DNA of 64,000 nucleotides from Toensbergia leucococca. Its lineage: Eukaryota. Under the pieces are notes generated by a model. It had not been told where the DNA came from, made no database searches, and saw nothing but the letters and a program-made list of their open reading frames with translations. The position numbers were made by a program, and so were the translations under genes. Where the stretch lies: contig JALDZS010000127.1 of assembly GCA_022813965.1 (NCBI GenBank), positions 1 to 64,000 of the forward strand, written 5' to 3'. The first letter of the stretch is position 1. The number at the start of each line of letters is the position of its first letter. Shown in pieces: positions 63,244 to 64,000 of this stretch.

Positions 63244-64000
63244 TGATTGTCCCTATGAACGATACAAGCGGCATACCATTCACCGTCCCCTTATCGATCT
63301 CTTTGCATGCTGACGTCGATGCCTGCATGAACATTGAGCGCTTAGACCTGCTACCGGGGAGTTAGGCGGGCGCTCAGCATAGTAACATAGATCAAAGGAT
63401 TCGCATTTTGACTGGCCGAGAGTCAAGTCTTCCTTAGACACGGAGCAAATTGGTCTTTCGAGCTCCAGATCTCCACCAGATCGGCTAGGGTGAACTATAG
63501 CAGTTCTGGCAATCGGGATCCGGCAGGATCTGAGAACTAGTGGAATTCATCTACTCGAATAAGCCACCACGCTTGATGCGCTGTCTCCGCCTATCGTCGC
63601 CCTGAGTGTCTAAAAGATCTTCACTGTACAACATCGGCGACGCTGATCTAGGACGAATCATCACTTAAGGTTGGGCAAACTTGTAAGTCACTCAAACGGC
63701 CAGACGATCGCAAATCCTTGTAAGTCTCCCAACGAATTAGAAGAAGAGGGATCTTTACTAGCTGGGCGCTCGTGGTAAACGCGATTATGAGCTCCACCGT
63801 TTGTTATTCAATACTAACATGAGTACACGTGGTCCGCTATCTACCATTCAATGTGCGATGATTATACTTGGAATGCTACGTCTTCGCTTTCTGGATAAGC
63901 AAAAAGTCATGCTATTAGTCGCAAGCCGAGTCGTTGTCACGCAACAAGGCCTCTGCCTTGATCTGGTACTCTCTGAATATGTCGATCGCCTTTCGAGTCT

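Overview
Eukaryotic, intron-containing DNA from a filamentous ascomycete (Pezizomycotina). A lichen-forming lineage is plausible but cannot be proven from this window. All calls come from reading motifs and splice signals by eye; no database search was run. Housekeeping genes: ETR1/MECR-like reductase, 6-phosphofructokinase, PPC decarboxylase, Mediator Med17. Accessory genes: large Ser/Thr repeat surface protein, PQ-loop protein, pseudogenised alpha/beta hydrolase, oxalate-decarboxylase-like bicupin lacking the lid glutamate, quinone oxidoreductase, class V PLP enzyme, BTB protein, two small secreted Cys proteins (one beta/gamma-crystallin-like), a sugar transporter + dehydrogenase + SDR trio and an AAA+ ATPase. 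Two related foldback/MITE-like elements lie at about 1.5-2.2 kb and 24.2-24.8 kb, and there are several CpG-depleted relic tracts. The best candidate for an undescribed system is a compact cluster at 51.2-63.2 kb with no PKS/NRPS/terpene backbone in the window. It holds a processive CelA/Tft1-like GT2 divergent from a Methyltransf_24-type methyltransferase, a PhyH-family dioxygenase, two MFS transporters and a secreted protein whose motifs suggest an ADP-ribosyltransferase-like fold.
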